A stretch of 43,546 nucleotides of DNA from IMG/VR virus record IMGVR_UViG_3300025003_000021, positions 1-43,546 of that record, one strand, 5' to 3'. The translations under genes and the position numbers were made by a program. Positions 42,669-43,546 of the stretch are shown piece after piece (the stretch's first letter is position 1; every line of letters starts with the position of its first letter). The notes under the pieces were generated by a model. That model saw only the letters and a list, made by a program, of their open reading frames with translations, made no database searches and had not been told where the DNA came from. The stretch comes from a virus. Lineage: Duplodnaviria > Caudoviricetes.

Positions 42669-43399
42669 GTTCTCCGGCAATCTGTATCGACAGGATGCAA
42701 CGTGGCGCTAGACGTTACTGGAGTCAAGACGCCGGGCGTCAAAGTATGCCCGCAAGCCAATCCAACTAAGACGGAATGAATGGGATTTGTAAGGACGGCA
42801 TAGCCACCAACAACACTATCCTGATAGAAGCGAATCTCTACCCGGTTGCCGGTAGTCATGCCGACATTTTCAATGCGTGCCCCAAAGTCCGGAACGTCGG
42901 CCAGCACACGCTCTATCAGAAATCGGTCGCGCTGCTGTCGGTAGCGTAGCTGCCCGAACTTCAGATAGAAGAACAGCACGTCATTGACAGACGACTGCGA
43001 TTCCCGCTTGTCATCAAACGTCAGCCTAGGGCTAGTGATGTCTGGGTACGGGGTGGTCGTATGGTCGTTCAGGTTGGTGTCGTACCAGTAGAGATTGGCT
43101 AGGCCATTCCGCATATAGACCAGCGTGACGTGCATGGAAATATCGAACGCTAACGCCAGTTCGGTTACTCCACCCAACTCCAGCACCGCCGTCTTAGCGG
43201 ACAAATCGGCTTCTGGTGCAACCCAGATCACGTTCCCAGCATACCATGCCTTCCAGTTCTGTACGTCGTGGCCTAGCGACGCATCGCTGATTCCGATGCC
43301 GCCACGCTCCCAGTCGATAAGCGGCTCGCGCGGCCTGTCATCTGGAGGTAGGAACGGCGCCGATACCGCGATGGAGGACAGTGTATTGTCAGGCAGCAT
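42665..43399 (-). CDS. Tail-associated structural protein
   Basis: MLPDNTLSS...ERGGIGISDAS.G...LAFD...FDDKR...YRQQRDRF pattern of phage tail proteins. Confidence 0.7.
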   Translation of the reverse strand: MLPDNTLSSIAVSAPFLPPDDRPREPLIDWERGGIGISDASLGHDVQNWKAWYAGNVIWVAPEADLSAKTAVLELGGVTELALAFDISMHVTLVYMRNGLANLYWYDTNLNDHTTTPYPDITSPRLTFDDKRESQSSVNDVLFFYLKFGQLRYRQQRDRFLIERVLADVPDFGARIENVGMTTGNRVEIRFYQDSVVGGYAVLTNPIHSVLVGLACGHTLTPGVLTPVTSSATLHPVDTDCRRT

Positions 43400-43545
43400 T
43401 ACAGCGTCTTCCGCGCCCAGGTGACGCTGAAACTGAGCGTGAGCGTCTTGGTGTTGTCCTTAGGGATTTTTAGCGGTGTGGTGTAGTCGGCCTCATAGAA
43501 GCCGACTTGGTAAGCCTCTAGGCTATCATAGTAACTGCCACCATC
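43399..43545 (-). CDS. 3' end of a tail protein gene, truncated by the window edge
   Basis: Translates as ...YQVGFYEADYTTPLKIPKDNTKTLTLSFSVTWARKTL*; the stop overlaps the next ATG. Confidence 0.7.
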   Translation of the reverse strand, partial: DGGSYYDSLEAYQVGFYEADYTTPLKIPKDNTKTLTLSFSVTWARKTL

Positions 43546-43546
43546 G

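Overview
This window is part of a tailed dsDNA phage or prophage genome. It is probably podovirus-like and infects a proteobacterium (inferred from gene content). The + strand arm (1-11471) carries accessory and replication genes: several methyltransferases including an intein-split Dcm, DUF1364- and DUF1064-like nucleases, a ParB-like protein, an SF2 helicase and a TOPRIM primase. The convergent - strand arm (11643-43546) carries tail genes, ejection/pilot proteins and two giant polyvalent DarB-like proteins. The most striking element is at the left edge: an array of strictly phased (G)GY-NN pentamer tracts separated by conserved hairpins, directly upstream of a stand-alone Cas7/RAMP-like gene and a translationally coupled partner. 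This is a candidate minimal RNA-guided system with a gapped dinucleotide code (VIPR-like, as far as I recall that recently described family). Other unusual features: five IS200/IS605-derived miniature elements, two sitting exactly at ATGA stop/start junctions without changing either protein; an integron-type attC cassette inserted into one of them; an out-of-frame beta-subunit-like ORF inside the Dcm; candidate nested genes in the linkers of the giant virion proteins; and a DDxxD isoprenoid-synthase-like gene in the ejection module. All family assignments come from motif recognition by eye; no searches were run.
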